64,000 nucleotides of DNA from Oscillospiraceae bacterium. GTDB lineage: Bacteria > Bacillota > Clostridia > Oscillospirales > CAG-272. A model generated the notes under the pieces. It made no database searches. It saw nothing but the letters and a program-made list of their open reading frames with translations, and was not told the origin of the DNA. Shown here piece after piece: positions 9,191 through 18,064 of the stretch. The stretch is taken from positions 14,196 through 78,195 of the forward strand of contig SVRK01000001.1 of assembly GCA_015064855.1 (NCBI GenBank). The letters run 5' to 3'. The position numbers and the translations under genes were made by a program. Position 1 is the first letter of the stretch, and each line of letters opens with the position of its first letter.

Positions 9191-9445
9191 ATGGAGTACA
9201 GAAAAGAATACGTTACCGTAAAGCTCAGGGTAGATCCCGATGGTTCGATACGTCCATTGAGCTTTGTTTGGGTGGACGGGATACAGTATAAGATTGACAG
9301 ACTGATTCAGCGAACTCGCGCAGCTTCAACCAAGGTAGGCGGACGTGGCATGAGATATACGATCCGCGCCGATGGCAAGGAAACCTATCTGTTTGAGGAA
9401 GACGGCAGATGGTTTATGGAAGTTCCAATAATAAATAATCCGTGA
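9191..9445 (+). CDS. Hypothetical protein downstream of the polymerase
   Basis: AGGAGG at 9179-9184 lies 6 nt before the ATG at 9191. The listed start at 9185 is too close to the SD. Confidence 0.5.
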   Translation: MEYRKEYVTVKLRVDPDGSIRPLSFVWVDGIQYKIDRLIQRTRAASTKVGGRGMRYTIRADGKETYLFEEDGRWFMEVPIINNP

Positions 9446-9459
9446 CAAAAAAATACGAC

Positions 9460-9489
9460 GTGGCAAGGAGAAATCCCTGCCACTTTTTT
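9460..9489 (+). terminator. Intrinsic terminator
   Basis: GTGGCAAGG pairs with CCCTGCCAC, followed by TTTTTT. Confidence 0.65.
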
Positions 9490-9574
9490 ATGGCGATTTT
9501 TTGGCAGAGGTGTGCCGATGACAGCAGAAAACTTCCGTGGTAAAATGAGAGCACCTAACGAAAGGAGGTTTTCT

Positions 9575-9889
9575 ATGAAAGAATGTATTAAATGTCAAAA
9601 TCCATTGCCAATTAAGGCAGAACGCTGTCCGAACTGCGGGCAAGAGCAACCCAAACCGAATGAAAAGGTTTCAAAAAAGAAGCGGCGCAAGGAAGCGAAC
9701 GAGCATCCTGTACACCAGACCGATTTTGGATCGTATTACGATGATATCGTACCGGAGGACGCTGAAGAGCTGAAGAACCGCCGAGCAGATAACCCTATGG
9801 TACTCAGATTGATTTTGCTTGGTTTCGGAGTTGCAATTGTACTGGCAGCGTGCGTTGCGATCATGATCTTTTTAGGGGGTGAGCTATGA
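9575..9889 (+). CDS. Zinc-ribbon protein with C-terminal transmembrane helix
   Basis: AAAGGAGG lies upstream of the ATG at 9575. Motif CIKCQNPLPIKAERCPNCG. The hydrophobic tail is LILLGFGVAIVLAACVAIMIFL. Confidence 0.55.
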   Translation: MKECIKCQNPLPIKAERCPNCGQEQPKPNEKVSKKKRRKEANEHPVHQTDFGSYYDDIVPEDAEELKNRRADNPMVLRLILLGFGVAIVLAACVAIMIFLGGEL

Positions 9890-10332
9890 AGAATCGATCA
9901 AAGATGCCAAGCTCACTATCCAAGTTGATTATCACCAAGTTTATTGTTGGTGGTATATTTCTCATTGGCTTGATTCTTATATGCATTTTCTTTAATGACA
10001 AAATGTTCTTAGCACTCGCCCCTGGTGCGTTCGCAATGTTTATTCTTGGGGATGCGGTCGTTACCCTTTACAACTGTCTAACCGATAATTATGTGGTGGT
10101 TGAAGGAAAATGTATTGAAATTGAAACCACGAGGATTAAAAAAAGGATCAAGTCGGTGTGTTTAGATACGAGGAAAGGCAGAGTTCGCGTTATCGTGCAC
10201 TTTAAGCTGAACACTGTAGGATCCGGCGATTACGTAACCGTATATATGCCCTTAAGTGCATCCGTATATGAGCATAATCGGGAATTCGTTGTAAACGAGT
10301 ATTACGCAGTTGATATCGTCAGAAAAACTTGA
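9886..10332 (+). CDS. Hypothetical membrane protein
   Basis: ATGA start/stop overlap with the upstream gene. There are two predicted TM helices at the N-terminus. Confidence 0.5.
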   Translation: MKNRSKMPSSLSKLIITKFIVGGIFLIGLILICIFFNDKMFLALAPGAFAMFILGDAVVTLYNCLTDNYVVVEGKCIEIETTRIKKRIKSVCLDTRKGRVRVIVHFKLNTVGSGDYVTVYMPLSASVYEHNREFVVNEYYAVDIVRKT

Positions 10333-10389
10333 GAAATAAGAAGGTTTGCCACAATTGTGCCATCGCACTGCCGTATCGGGCTGAAAGCA

Positions 10390-10513
10390 TTGACGAGGCA
10401 AAATGCATCTGGTATAATGTGTACATAACCTTCATGTTTGCCTCGAGCAAAAATAGTTGATCCGTGTTACATAGTGTCAGTGCTGCCCCTTTGGGCGTAT
10501 TGGCACTTTTTTT
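10390..10513 (+). promoter_or_regulatory. Promoter-leader-terminator module, copy A
   Basis: Promoter TTGACG (10390-10395), 17 nt, TGgTATAAT (10410-10418). Bases 10409-10470 are identical to 20464-20525. The stem is 10474-10483 with 10497-10506, plus an inner GCCC/GGGC helix, followed by 7 T (10507-10513). Confidence 0.7.
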
Positions 10514-10588
10514 ATTCTGGTTTCACCCCGAGAAAATCGGGTGGAAATAAATTTTTATTGCAGGAACCCCCTGCGGAAAGGAAATTTT

Positions 10589-11059
10589 ATGTTCAAAGTA
10601 TTCGCAACCGACGTCGTTGTATCCAAGGGATATGACAACAGCAGCGCACTCAAGTATTCCGACGATGGTACTTCTGTGCGATTCCGTATTGGCAAGAAGG
10701 TCTATGACACTCGCGCCGAAAACAACACCCGTTGGGTAAACGTCTCTGTGAAGGCGTTTGGAACCGTTTGTGAGCGCATCAAGAAGATGCAGCTCAAGGA
10801 GGGCTCCTTCATTCACATTGCGGGACGTCTCGACGAAGACAACTGGGTTGACACCACAACGAACGAGAAGAAGAGTCAGATCGTTATCATTCTTGATGAG
10901 ATCGAGTATGCTTCCGGTGGTGGAAACAAGTCCAAGGACAATCAGCAGGCAAACGCAGCACCCGCTACTACTCCTGCAGCCCCCGCAAGCACCCCCGAGA
11001 GCTCTCCCAACTTCGAAGGATATACGCCCTTTGGTGGCGGTTCGTTCTTCGACGCATAA
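10589..11059 (+). CDS. ssb: SSB-like OB-fold single-stranded DNA-binding protein
   Basis: The internal ATG at 10589 follows GGAAAGGA. OB-fold-like pattern RWVNVSVKAFGTVCERIKKMQLKEGSFIHIAGRLDEDNW. It has a low-complexity Pro/Ala tail ending FGGGSFFDA, which is not the canonical DDDIPF tip. Confidence 0.6.
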   Translation: MFKVFATDVVVSKGYDNSSALKYSDDGTSVRFRIGKKVYDTRAENNTRWVNVSVKAFGTVCERIKKMQLKEGSFIHIAGRLDEDNWVDTTTNEKKSQIVIILDEIEYASGGGNKSKDNQQANAAPATTPAAPASTPESSPNFEGYTPFGGGSFFDA

Positions 11060-11152
11060 GGAGCACAACACAACCGAGCGATTAAGGCGCACATATTTTA
11101 CGTAGCAGTAATCTATGTGCGCCTTTTTTGCGCTTTCAGAAAGGAGTTCAAA

Positions 11153-11899
11153 ATGAAAAAAGACTGGGTTAGAAGTATGACCTATGAAGCAATCGTAATC
11201 CTCGGAGTCATCGCACTCCTGACGTTCATCTGCCGCCTTTGGCCACTGTTGTTACTGGTGATGCTTTGCTTGATTGGAGCAGCTATCAGATTGCTGTTTC
11301 TTAAGGTGAAGGATGCAACCACGCAGCAGGAACCGGAAGCAGTTTCTGTTCCGGAGCCAAAACCGGCGACAGAGCACGACGTGATGGATCTGGCGTTCTC
11401 CGTCATACTCACTCGCATAACCGAGCTGGTAGAGGCGGAGTATCCGAAAGCAAAATGGGTATGGGAAAAACCTAACGCAAAGGCATTGGTCCTCGCAGGA
11501 GATGAAGCCTACATCATACTGAGTGGCGCAGGTGGTTATCGCCGTGCTCGACCGGTAGTTGAAAACCTTCAGTTGAAGTCTCTTGACTATATGACCTCGA
11601 AGGAAAAGCCCAAAGAGATCGAAACGGATCCCTCAGAGGATATCGATGATGATGAAGACGATACCGAAGTTCCCGTCAATTATGAGCTTATGGCTTTTGA
11701 ATGGGCGGAAGCTAATGTTATCGGACTCAACGAAAGATGCAACAACGCGGTCGGGGAAGGCAAGGAAGAAATGCTAATCCCCGCAGACGAGCTTCCCGTG
11801 CCCGAGAGCTGGGAATCCATCTGCACCGAGCTCAACCGCGCAGGCCTCGAGAATCTCGAAATTGTTCCGGAAGGAATCAAAATAAAATTTATGCATTAA
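11153..11899 (+). CDS. Hypothetical membrane-anchored acidic protein
   Basis: AAAGGAG lies upstream of the ATG at 11153. Two N-terminal TM helices. There is an acidic run, DPSEDIDDDEDDTE. Confidence 0.5.
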   Translation: MKKDWVRSMTYEAIVILGVIALLTFICRLWPLLLLVMLCLIGAAIRLLFLKVKDATTQQEPEAVSVPEPKPATEHDVMDLAFSVILTRITELVEAEYPKAKWVWEKPNAKALVLAGDEAYIILSGAGGYRRARPVVENLQLKSLDYMTSKEKPKEIETDPSEDIDDDEDDTEVPVNYELMAFEWAEANVIGLNERCNNAVGEGKEEMLIPADELPVPESWESICTELNRAGLENLEIVPEGIKIKFMH

Positions 11900-11920
11900 A
11901 TGCAGAAAGGAAATTGAAAC

Positions 11921-13792
11921 ATGAGCTTAGCAATCAACAACTTATTTAACTTTGGTAGGAGCCTCCCTGCGCCTTTTGATTCTCTTGGAAGCAAGAAGGT
12001 CAAGGTTACGTCTATGTATGGCGAAGGCACCGAATCAACCCTCTGCGCAACCGTTATCAAGGCGATTCACGCAATCTGTCATTGTATGGACGGTAGCGGA
12101 GACGGCGCGGTAGGTGTTCTCGACAAGAAGACGGTTGCCGAATACAAATCCTCGGCAGGACCGAATCAGTATCATCTCGTAGTATACGACAGCACCAATG
12201 GACAGGTACTCGCAAGCGTATATGACAAGGATACGGAGGTAATGGAAACCTATACCGCAAACCCATCCGCAAGAGACGGTTCAGCCATTATGATGGCACT
12301 CTTTCCCGTCCTTATGAACGACAAGGAATTCAGCGATAAATTCGACGAGTATTTCAAGGAATACAGCGCGGGATATCCTGATATGAATCACGCAAAAGAG
12401 TGCATGGCATATATGTGTGACAACGCATACCGCCGTGTTAAAAACGAAACCATTCCTCAGCATATCAAGGTCGAGATTGAAAGATCCGGCAATCTGATGC
12501 GTATTTCCCCTTCGCATATTGACTCCGGAACGTTTACACCAAAGGATGTCATTGCGGGAGAGTTTTCAATCTTTGCCAGTGTCGGAGCCGCTACCGTTAT
12601 TGGAAGCGCTTCAGTCATTGTTGAGCACTCGGATTTCGAAGGACAGTATGTGCTTCAGCCGAGAACCTTCAATCCAGTAGAACAGTCCCTTATCCCCAAG
12701 CTTCCTTCTTGGTATATCATTCCGCAGGAGGTGGTGGATATTTGCAAACACGCTAAGGCAACCACAGGCAAGCCCACACAAATGCGCAACTTCCTTCTGA
12801 GAGGTCCCGCAGGCACGGGTAAGACAATGGGTGCTAAAGCGATTGCAGCCGGACTTGGTTTGCCTTATATGAAGTATACCTGCTCGGCGGGAACAGAGAT
12901 CTTCGATTTCATCGGTCAGGTCTTTCCCAACACAGACGGATTCTCTTCAAGTAATCCTCAGATTGCAAGCGAACGCGAAATGCTCAAGGCAATGGGTGGA
13001 ATCAATTATGCAAACGTAGCTAAGCTTATGTCCCTTCCTGATCTTGATGATATGGATTATGATCCTGCAGGTGTTTATCACCGCCTTACGGGAATCGAGA
13101 AGCCGACAGCATCCTCCCAGGATTGTATGGCGGTCGTTCTTGATATTGTAACCGCAAAGGTGCAGGAACTCTCGAAGAGCGACGAAAGCGCTACGGAAAA
13201 AGGACAGTCGTTTAGATACGTAGAAACCGATTTCATCAATGCACTCCGCAATGGTTTCGTTGTTGAAATTCAGGAACCCACCACTATCGTTCAGCCGGGT
13301 GTTATGGTTGGCCTTAACTCCCTCCTTGAACAGGATGGCTCAATCACGCTCCCTACCGGAGAGATCATTAAGCGTCATCCCGATGCTGTTGTCGTTGTAA
13401 CTACTAACGTCAGCTACGAGGGGTGCCGAGGAATGAACCAGTCTATTATCGACAGAATGAGTCTGGTACGTGACGTAGAGCTTCCCGAACCCGAGGTGAT
13501 GGTACAGAGAGCGATGAGCGTTACCGGAGCTACCGATGAGCTGATGGTTTCCGATATGGTAAAGGTCGTAAACGATATGGCTGATTACTGCAGAAAGAAC
13601 AGCATCACCGACGGTTCTGTTGGTATGCGTAGTTTAATCGACTGGATTGTAAGTACAGAGATCACGGGAGACGTTTATTCCTCTGCTTTGCAAACTATTG
13701 TTAGCAAAGCAACGGCTGATGAGGATGACCGTGAGGCTCTTATTGCTACGGTCCTTGAGCCGATCTTTGCAAGAGGTCGCAAAAAGAAATAA
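11921..13792 (+). CDS. MoxR/CbbQ-like AAA+ ATPase with a roughly 270-aa unknown N-terminal region
   Basis: Walker A is FLLRGPAGTGKTMGAKAIA, Walker B-like is GFVVEIQEPT, and AVVVVTTN is present. It is paired with a downstream VWA protein. Confidence 0.75.
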   Translation: MSLAINNLFNFGRSLPAPFDSLGSKKVKVTSMYGEGTESTLCATVIKAIHAICHCMDGSGDGAVGVLDKKTVAEYKSSAGPNQYHLVVYDSTNGQVLASVYDKDTEVMETYTANPSARDGSAIMMALFPVLMNDKEFSDKFDEYFKEYSAGYPDMNHAKECMAYMCDNAYRRVKNETIPQHIKVEIERSGNLMRISPSHIDSGTFTPKDVIAGEFSIFASVGAATVIGSASVIVEHSDFEGQYVLQPRTFNPVEQSLIPKLPSWYIIPQEVVDICKHAKATTGKPTQMRNFLLRGPAGTGKTMGAKAIAAGLGLPYMKYTCSAGTEIFDFIGQVFPNTDGFSSSNPQIASEREMLKAMGGINYANVAKLMSLPDLDDMDYDPAGVYHRLTGIEKPTASSQDCMAVVLDIVTAKVQELSKSDESATEKGQSFRYVETDFINALRNGFVVEIQEPTTIVQPGVMVGLNSLLEQDGSITLPTGEIIKRHPDAVVVVTTNVSYEGCRGMNQSIIDRMSLVRDVELPEPEVMVQRAMSVTGATDELMVSDMVKVVNDMADYCRKNSITDGSVGMRSLIDWIVSTEITGDVYSSALQTIVSKATADEDDREALIATVLEPIFARGRKKK

Positions 13793-13819
13793 ATAATCAA
13801 GAAGGAGGTTGTACCCTAT

Positions 13820-16096
13820 ATGGCAAGGGTGAATCACAAATTAGTTAAGCAGCGTCTAAACGAAAAACGCAGCAAAATAACCGACCGACAGTTCTTTTCT
13901 TCAAGGCTTCTTGCAGGCCATTTTGAGGATATGGCGGCGGCGCAGACAAGACGGTATAAGTATAACCGTCGCATTCACGTGCAGCTTTTTTGGAAGCCAA
14001 AGGAAGATTTTGTGGCCGCTACAAACAACGAGTACATCCGAATCAACTCCGGTAACAAGATGGTAACGACCGTAAAAGGACGTGAAAATCGGTACTGGAT
14101 CGTATGCGGACTGTTTGCTCATGAAGCCGGGCACGTACTTTATACCGACTTCCTTGCGCAGCAAAGCTACTGCAACTACTTCTTGAGAAAGAAGTGGTAT
14201 CCTTTGGCACCTCCCCTCACCACCCTCGATCAGAAGATAGCTGAGCGTGAGATCTGGGATTACGTTGATGACGATCCCAGAAACGCTGAGGTCCTTCTGC
14301 AGGTAGCAATGACGATTAACAACGTAATTGAGGACGGTTACATTGAGAATCGTGTTCTTAACGCATTCCCGGGTTCGCTCGGGTATGCGCTTGAGACCTT
14401 GCGCGAAAAGCACTTCTGTGATATGCCGACAGTAACGGAGCTTATCGAGCAGGAAAACGATGGCGAATGTCATATTTTCCAGAGCATTATGCAGCTTATG
14501 CTTTCTTACGCAAAGTTCGGTGAAATCAAGTATGGTGAAGAACCTCTCAGCGACGAGAGAATTCAGACCGTATTCAGCCTGATTGGAGATATCGATTCGG
14601 CTCTATTCAATCGTTCTGGCAAGGAAAGGTTAATGGCGACCAATGCGGTTCTTATCAAATGCTGGAAGTACGTTAAGGATTTCTGCGAATATAGCAAACA
14701 AAAGCAGGATGAAGCTGCCGCAAACGGTTCCACAATGAGTATTTCCGAGAAGCTTGCCGAACTGTTCGGTAAGATGATTGGTGGCTCTGCAGGTGCTTCC
14801 GGAAGCGGAAGCCCTGTTCCCGAAGCATCCGGTGTTCCTATTCCTTCCGCAACAGCAGCAAATCGTTCCAAAACCAAGAATGATGCAGGCGAAAAAGCAG
14901 ACGAAGAGGAATCTGGATCCGGCGCAGCAGGGGCAGAAACACCCGAAGAGGCACCTTCAGGCGAGTCTGGAGAAAAATCTTCAAATTCATCTGAGTCTGG
15001 AGAGGAATCAGGCGGACAGGATGGTGACGAAGGCGATGGTGGCAAGGATGATGTAACATCGTCTGAAGGCAAACGAATTCCGTATCACCAGACCGAGAGT
15101 GTTGAAACCAGCGGCAGCGGAAAAATGGAGCGAAACGATACCTATGAGCGCGAAATGTACGACAAAGCCGCAAGTGATATCGAGAGAGTTCTTGAGAGGA
15201 TGGCAGAAAAAGCCGCTTGTCAGGAGCTTGAAAACGAAAGACTTCGCGAGCTGAACGAGGTTGCGCAGAACATATCTTATGGCGATGTACATCAAGGGAT
15301 AGACATCTGTGTGAATCGAATCAACGACGTAGATACCGAGCTAATAGATCAGTACAATTACATTGCAGCTCCTCTTCTGACCATTTCCAGACAGTTGCAG
15401 CGCAGTCTTGTGCGGCAGCTTAAGGAAAGCAGACGCGGAGGAAAGCAAACCGGTCTTATGATGGGTAGACGCTTGGATTCACATGCGTTGCATAGAAACG
15501 ATGGGAAGATCTTTTATAAGAACGCCCTTCCGAACGAAATCCCCGAGCTGTGTGTTGGTCTTCTGATTGACGAATCCGGTTCTATGGGGTGTAGCGACAG
15601 ATGCACCTATGCGAGAGCTGCAGCAATCATTCTTTATGACTTCTGCAGGAGCCTTGAGATACCTGTTATGGTATACGGCCATTCAACGTCAGGCGGTGAG
15701 GTCGAGCTGTTTTCTTATGCAGAATTCGAAAGCTACGACAATGATGACAAATATCGCATGATGGACATTGGAGCCAGAGGCAGTAACCGTGACGGTGCCG
15801 CACTTCGATTCGTTGCAGAACAAGTATCAAAGCGCCCAGAGGAGATAAAGCTTCTCATATTGATTTCTGACGGTCAGCCCGCGCATTACGGTTATTCCGG
15901 TACTGCTGCAGAGGAAGATTTGAGAGGAATCAGAAAAGAATATATGAAAAAAGGAATCCTCTTTATCGCGGCTGCTATTGGAGACGATAAGCAGAATATC
16001 GAGCGAATTTATGAGGACTCGTTCCTTGACATAACAGATCTCAATCAGTTGCCCGTAAAGCTTACCGCAGTTGTTAAGCGTCATATTCGGGTATAA
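13820..16096 (+). CDS. CobT-like protein: N-terminal HExxH (zincin-like) region, acidic disordered linker, C-terminal VWA domain
   Basis: HEAGH is encoded at 14120-14134. The Ser/Gly/Glu-rich linker is encoded at about 14790-15070. The MIDAS-like motif is GLLIDESGSMG, and LLILISDGQPA is also present. Confidence 0.75.
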   Translation: MARVNHKLVKQRLNEKRSKITDRQFFSSRLLAGHFEDMAAAQTRRYKYNRRIHVQLFWKPKEDFVAATNNEYIRINSGNKMVTTVKGRENRYWIVCGLFAHEAGHVLYTDFLAQQSYCNYFLRKKWYPLAPPLTTLDQKIAEREIWDYVDDDPRNAEVLLQVAMTINNVIEDGYIENRVLNAFPGSLGYALETLREKHFCDMPTVTELIEQENDGECHIFQSIMQLMLSYAKFGEIKYGEEPLSDERIQTVFSLIGDIDSALFNRSGKERLMATNAVLIKCWKYVKDFCEYSKQKQDEAAANGSTMSISEKLAELFGKMIGGSAGASGSGSPVPEASGVPIPSATAANRSKTKNDAGEKADEEESGSGAAGAETPEEAPSGESGEKSSNSSESGEESGGQDGDEGDGGKDDVTSSEGKRIPYHQTESVETSGSGKMERNDTYEREMYDKAASDIERVLERMAEKAACQELENERLRELNEVAQNISYGDVHQGIDICVNRINDVDTELIDQYNYIAAPLLTISRQLQRSLVRQLKESRRGGKQTGLMMGRRLDSHALHRNDGKIFYKNALPNEIPELCVGLLIDESGSMGCSDRCTYARAAAIILYDFCRSLEIPVMVYGHSTSGGEVELFSYAEFESYDNDDKYRMMDIGARGSNRDGAALRFVAEQVSKRPEEIKLLILISDGQPAHYGYSGTAAEEDLRGIRKEYMKKGILFIAAAIGDDKQNIERIYEDSFLDITDLNQLPVKLTAVVKRHIRV

Positions 16097-16153
16097 GAAT
16101 AAAGGAAAGGGTGGCCGAATGGTTGCCCTTTCTGCGCATAGAAAGGAAGCAAT

Positions 16154-16672
16154 ATGAAAACATTAGTCCAATTAAAACAGGATGCGAAATCCGGCAGAAT
16201 GAGTATGGAGATGACCGAACGCTATGGAGCTTATGGCGAACAGATCCCCGAGAAGCTTCGAGGTATCAGACGTGTCTTAGGAGCCAATACGGTCGCCTTG
16301 CATCTTCAAAACAACGATGGCAATATCAGCGAACTGCAAGTCAAGTGCGCAAGCCTTGTTGAATATGACGCCGATACGCTTGTTGTTTACGAAGCAGGAC
16401 TCAGGGATCTTACCGATGAGGAAAGAACAATTCTTGCCGAGTGGAAACGCATAGAAGACGAGCATATCAAACAAAACCCGTTTGGAGATACATATTGGAA
16501 ACGGAAAAACTACTTTGCCACGTGCACGTGTCCCTGGCTCGATGGCGGAGATGCCGTAAGAGGCAAACGTCTTGAGTATGTCTGCGGAACGCCTAAGATC
16601 CGTGACAATTCTATAAAAGGCGAAGCTATCCTCAAATACAGAGTGTATTTTAATGAGGAGGTGGCAGTATGA
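16154..16672 (+). CDS. Hypothetical protein
   Basis: GAAAGGAAG lies upstream of the ATG. It is co-oriented inside the long operon and overlaps the next gene by 4 nt. Confidence 0.5.
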   Translation: MKTLVQLKQDAKSGRMSMEMTERYGAYGEQIPEKLRGIRRVLGANTVALHLQNNDGNISELQVKCASLVEYDADTLVVYEAGLRDLTDEERTILAEWKRIEDEHIKQNPFGDTYWKRKNYFATCTCPWLDGGDAVRGKRLEYVCGTPKIRDNSIKGEAILKYRVYFNEEVAV

Positions 16673-16926
16673 GAAAATTCGTAGTATGTATGAACTCCCA
16701 TTACATTCGCGATAGCCAGATGTTTGATCCGTCTGATCTCAGCGATGAGGAGTTTGAAAACGCAGATATCCACGACGAAATGATGAACGGACATTGGCAC
16801 GATATAGAGCCAAGCGCCTTCATTGGTATTTTTGAGGCTATCAACGAGGAGATGGCTTGTCAAATAGCAGGCAAAAAAAGAAGATACGATTCCCGAACAT
16901 TGTTCGCAATAGAAATTCAAGCTTAG
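16669..16926 (+). CDS. Small acidic hypothetical protein
   Basis: ATGA overlap coupling to the upstream gene; acidic composition. Confidence 0.45.
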   Translation: MRKFVVCMNSHYIRDSQMFDPSDLSDEEFENADIHDEMMNGHWHDIEPSAFIGIFEAINEEMACQIAGKKRRYDSRTLFAIEIQA

Positions 16927-16949
16927 ATAAGCAGAAAGGAAATTGATTT

Positions 16950-17837
16950 ATGTTTTTAGACAAAGTGGGCGAAGCCTTTTATTACGAAGGCAAAAAATAT
17001 GTTATAGGTGAGCAGGTTCTCGCCAATGGCGCAAGCGAGTACGAGGGGCTTATCGGAAGAATTCTTGAGATTCGCGACGGAGATGATAAAGAAACCGAAA
17101 ACGATGCTCCGGATATTTATTGTGAGTTTGAGGAACCGGTGTTGAAATCAGATATTTGGAACCTTGAGCAGCGTATGTCCGGTCTGTACGGTAAGCGAAT
17201 GACTCTTGAAGACATTTCGTTGGATCTCGTCATTATGGGCCCCGATATGATTACTACCATCGCAGACATCGAAGACTCCAGCCCAACTGCGGAGATCTAT
17301 ATTCTCACCGAGGATTGGGCAGTTAATGATGATTACGGTCATAGCACCGGAGCCTTTACCAGTCTGGAAATGGCTAAATTCAGCATGAGGCAAATGCTGG
17401 CCAAAGAAAAACAAACCGGTTGCATTCCTGTATGGGAGGATGAGGCAGATTTCAAAGAAGATGAGTCTGACATGAGCTATTCAGCATACCGAGAGGGATT
17501 TTGGTGCGAGAGTCATTATGAACTCACTATCCAAAAGCTCGATATACGGATGAGCCCCTCATTTCTTCGTGAAGCTGCGGATCAGTATGATATCCAAACA
17601 AAGCAAAATGACTTTGTTGAGCAAACTGAGGCATGGGGAGACAAATACAATCTTTCGGATGAAGTGGTTTACAACCTTCGGCACTCCAAAGATATTTCCC
17701 CGAGAGTGCAAAACAAACTCAATAAAAACGATGCCTATTGGGAAGCTTATTGGGAGAGCTTTTCGGAAGTTGCGCACGAAATGTGTAAGGAAGCAGAAGG
17801 AGGGCTCAAAGATGGATGCAAAGATAGTACGACTTGA
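16950..17837 (+). CDS. Acidic hypothetical protein (295 aa)
   Basis: GCAGAAAGGAAATTGA lies upstream of the ATG. The protein is strongly acidic, and I recognised no motif. Confidence 0.5.
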   Translation: MFLDKVGEAFYYEGKKYVIGEQVLANGASEYEGLIGRILEIRDGDDKETENDAPDIYCEFEEPVLKSDIWNLEQRMSGLYGKRMTLEDISLDLVIMGPDMITTIADIEDSSPTAEIYILTEDWAVNDDYGHSTGAFTSLEMAKFSMRQMLAKEKQTGCIPVWEDEADFKEDESDMSYSAYREGFWCESHYELTIQKLDIRMSPSFLREAADQYDIQTKQNDFVEQTEAWGDKYNLSDEVVYNLRHSKDISPRVQNKLNKNDAYWEAYWESFSEVAHEMCKEAEGGLKDGCKDSTT

Positions 17838-18057
17838 AATCAATGATACCGATCCTCTGTATCGGTCAAACACTGTTGCTTGTTTTTATCTGCTCAATCC
17901 CGATATGGAGAAGCTCAAAGCAATCAGGACAATGATTGAAACAAGATTTGATGATCTTGAAGCGGATCCAACATTTGGATGTATCAGTGAGATCGAGGAT
18001 CTCCTGAACGCAAACTTTTCCCTCATACCGGTTTCGACGGAATCGATAGATTGGTAG
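17812..18057 (+). CDS. Small hypothetical protein
   Basis: The internal ATG at 17812 is preferred over the listed 17569 start, which would overlap most of the previous gene. Confidence 0.4.
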   Translation: MDAKIVRLEINDTDPLYRSNTVACFYLLNPDMEKLKAIRTMIETRFDDLEADPTFGCISEIEDLLNANFSLIPVSTESIDW

Positions 18058-18064
18058 GTGCACT

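Noticed and set aside
10541-10588. The listed upstream starts for the SSB-like gene (10541), the SUKH gene (2343), the primase-adjacent and other genes (9512, 17569, 18891, 23333, 31680-32738), rpmE (55094), the dGTPase-like gene (57354) and dnaG (58394).
   Set aside because: In each case an internal ATG has a properly spaced SD. It also avoids overlap with the leader, terminator or upstream gene, and it gives the expected conserved N-terminus.
11901-11923. The shared 16-mer GCAGAAAGGAAATTGA upstream of the genes at 11921 and 16950, with the variants GCGGAAAGGAAATT before 10589 and CAGAAAGGAG before 11153.
   Set aside because: The conserved part is the Shine-Dalgarno context (GAAAGGA) plus spacer. 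It most likely reflects the donor lineage's preferred translation-initiation region, not a separate regulatory element.
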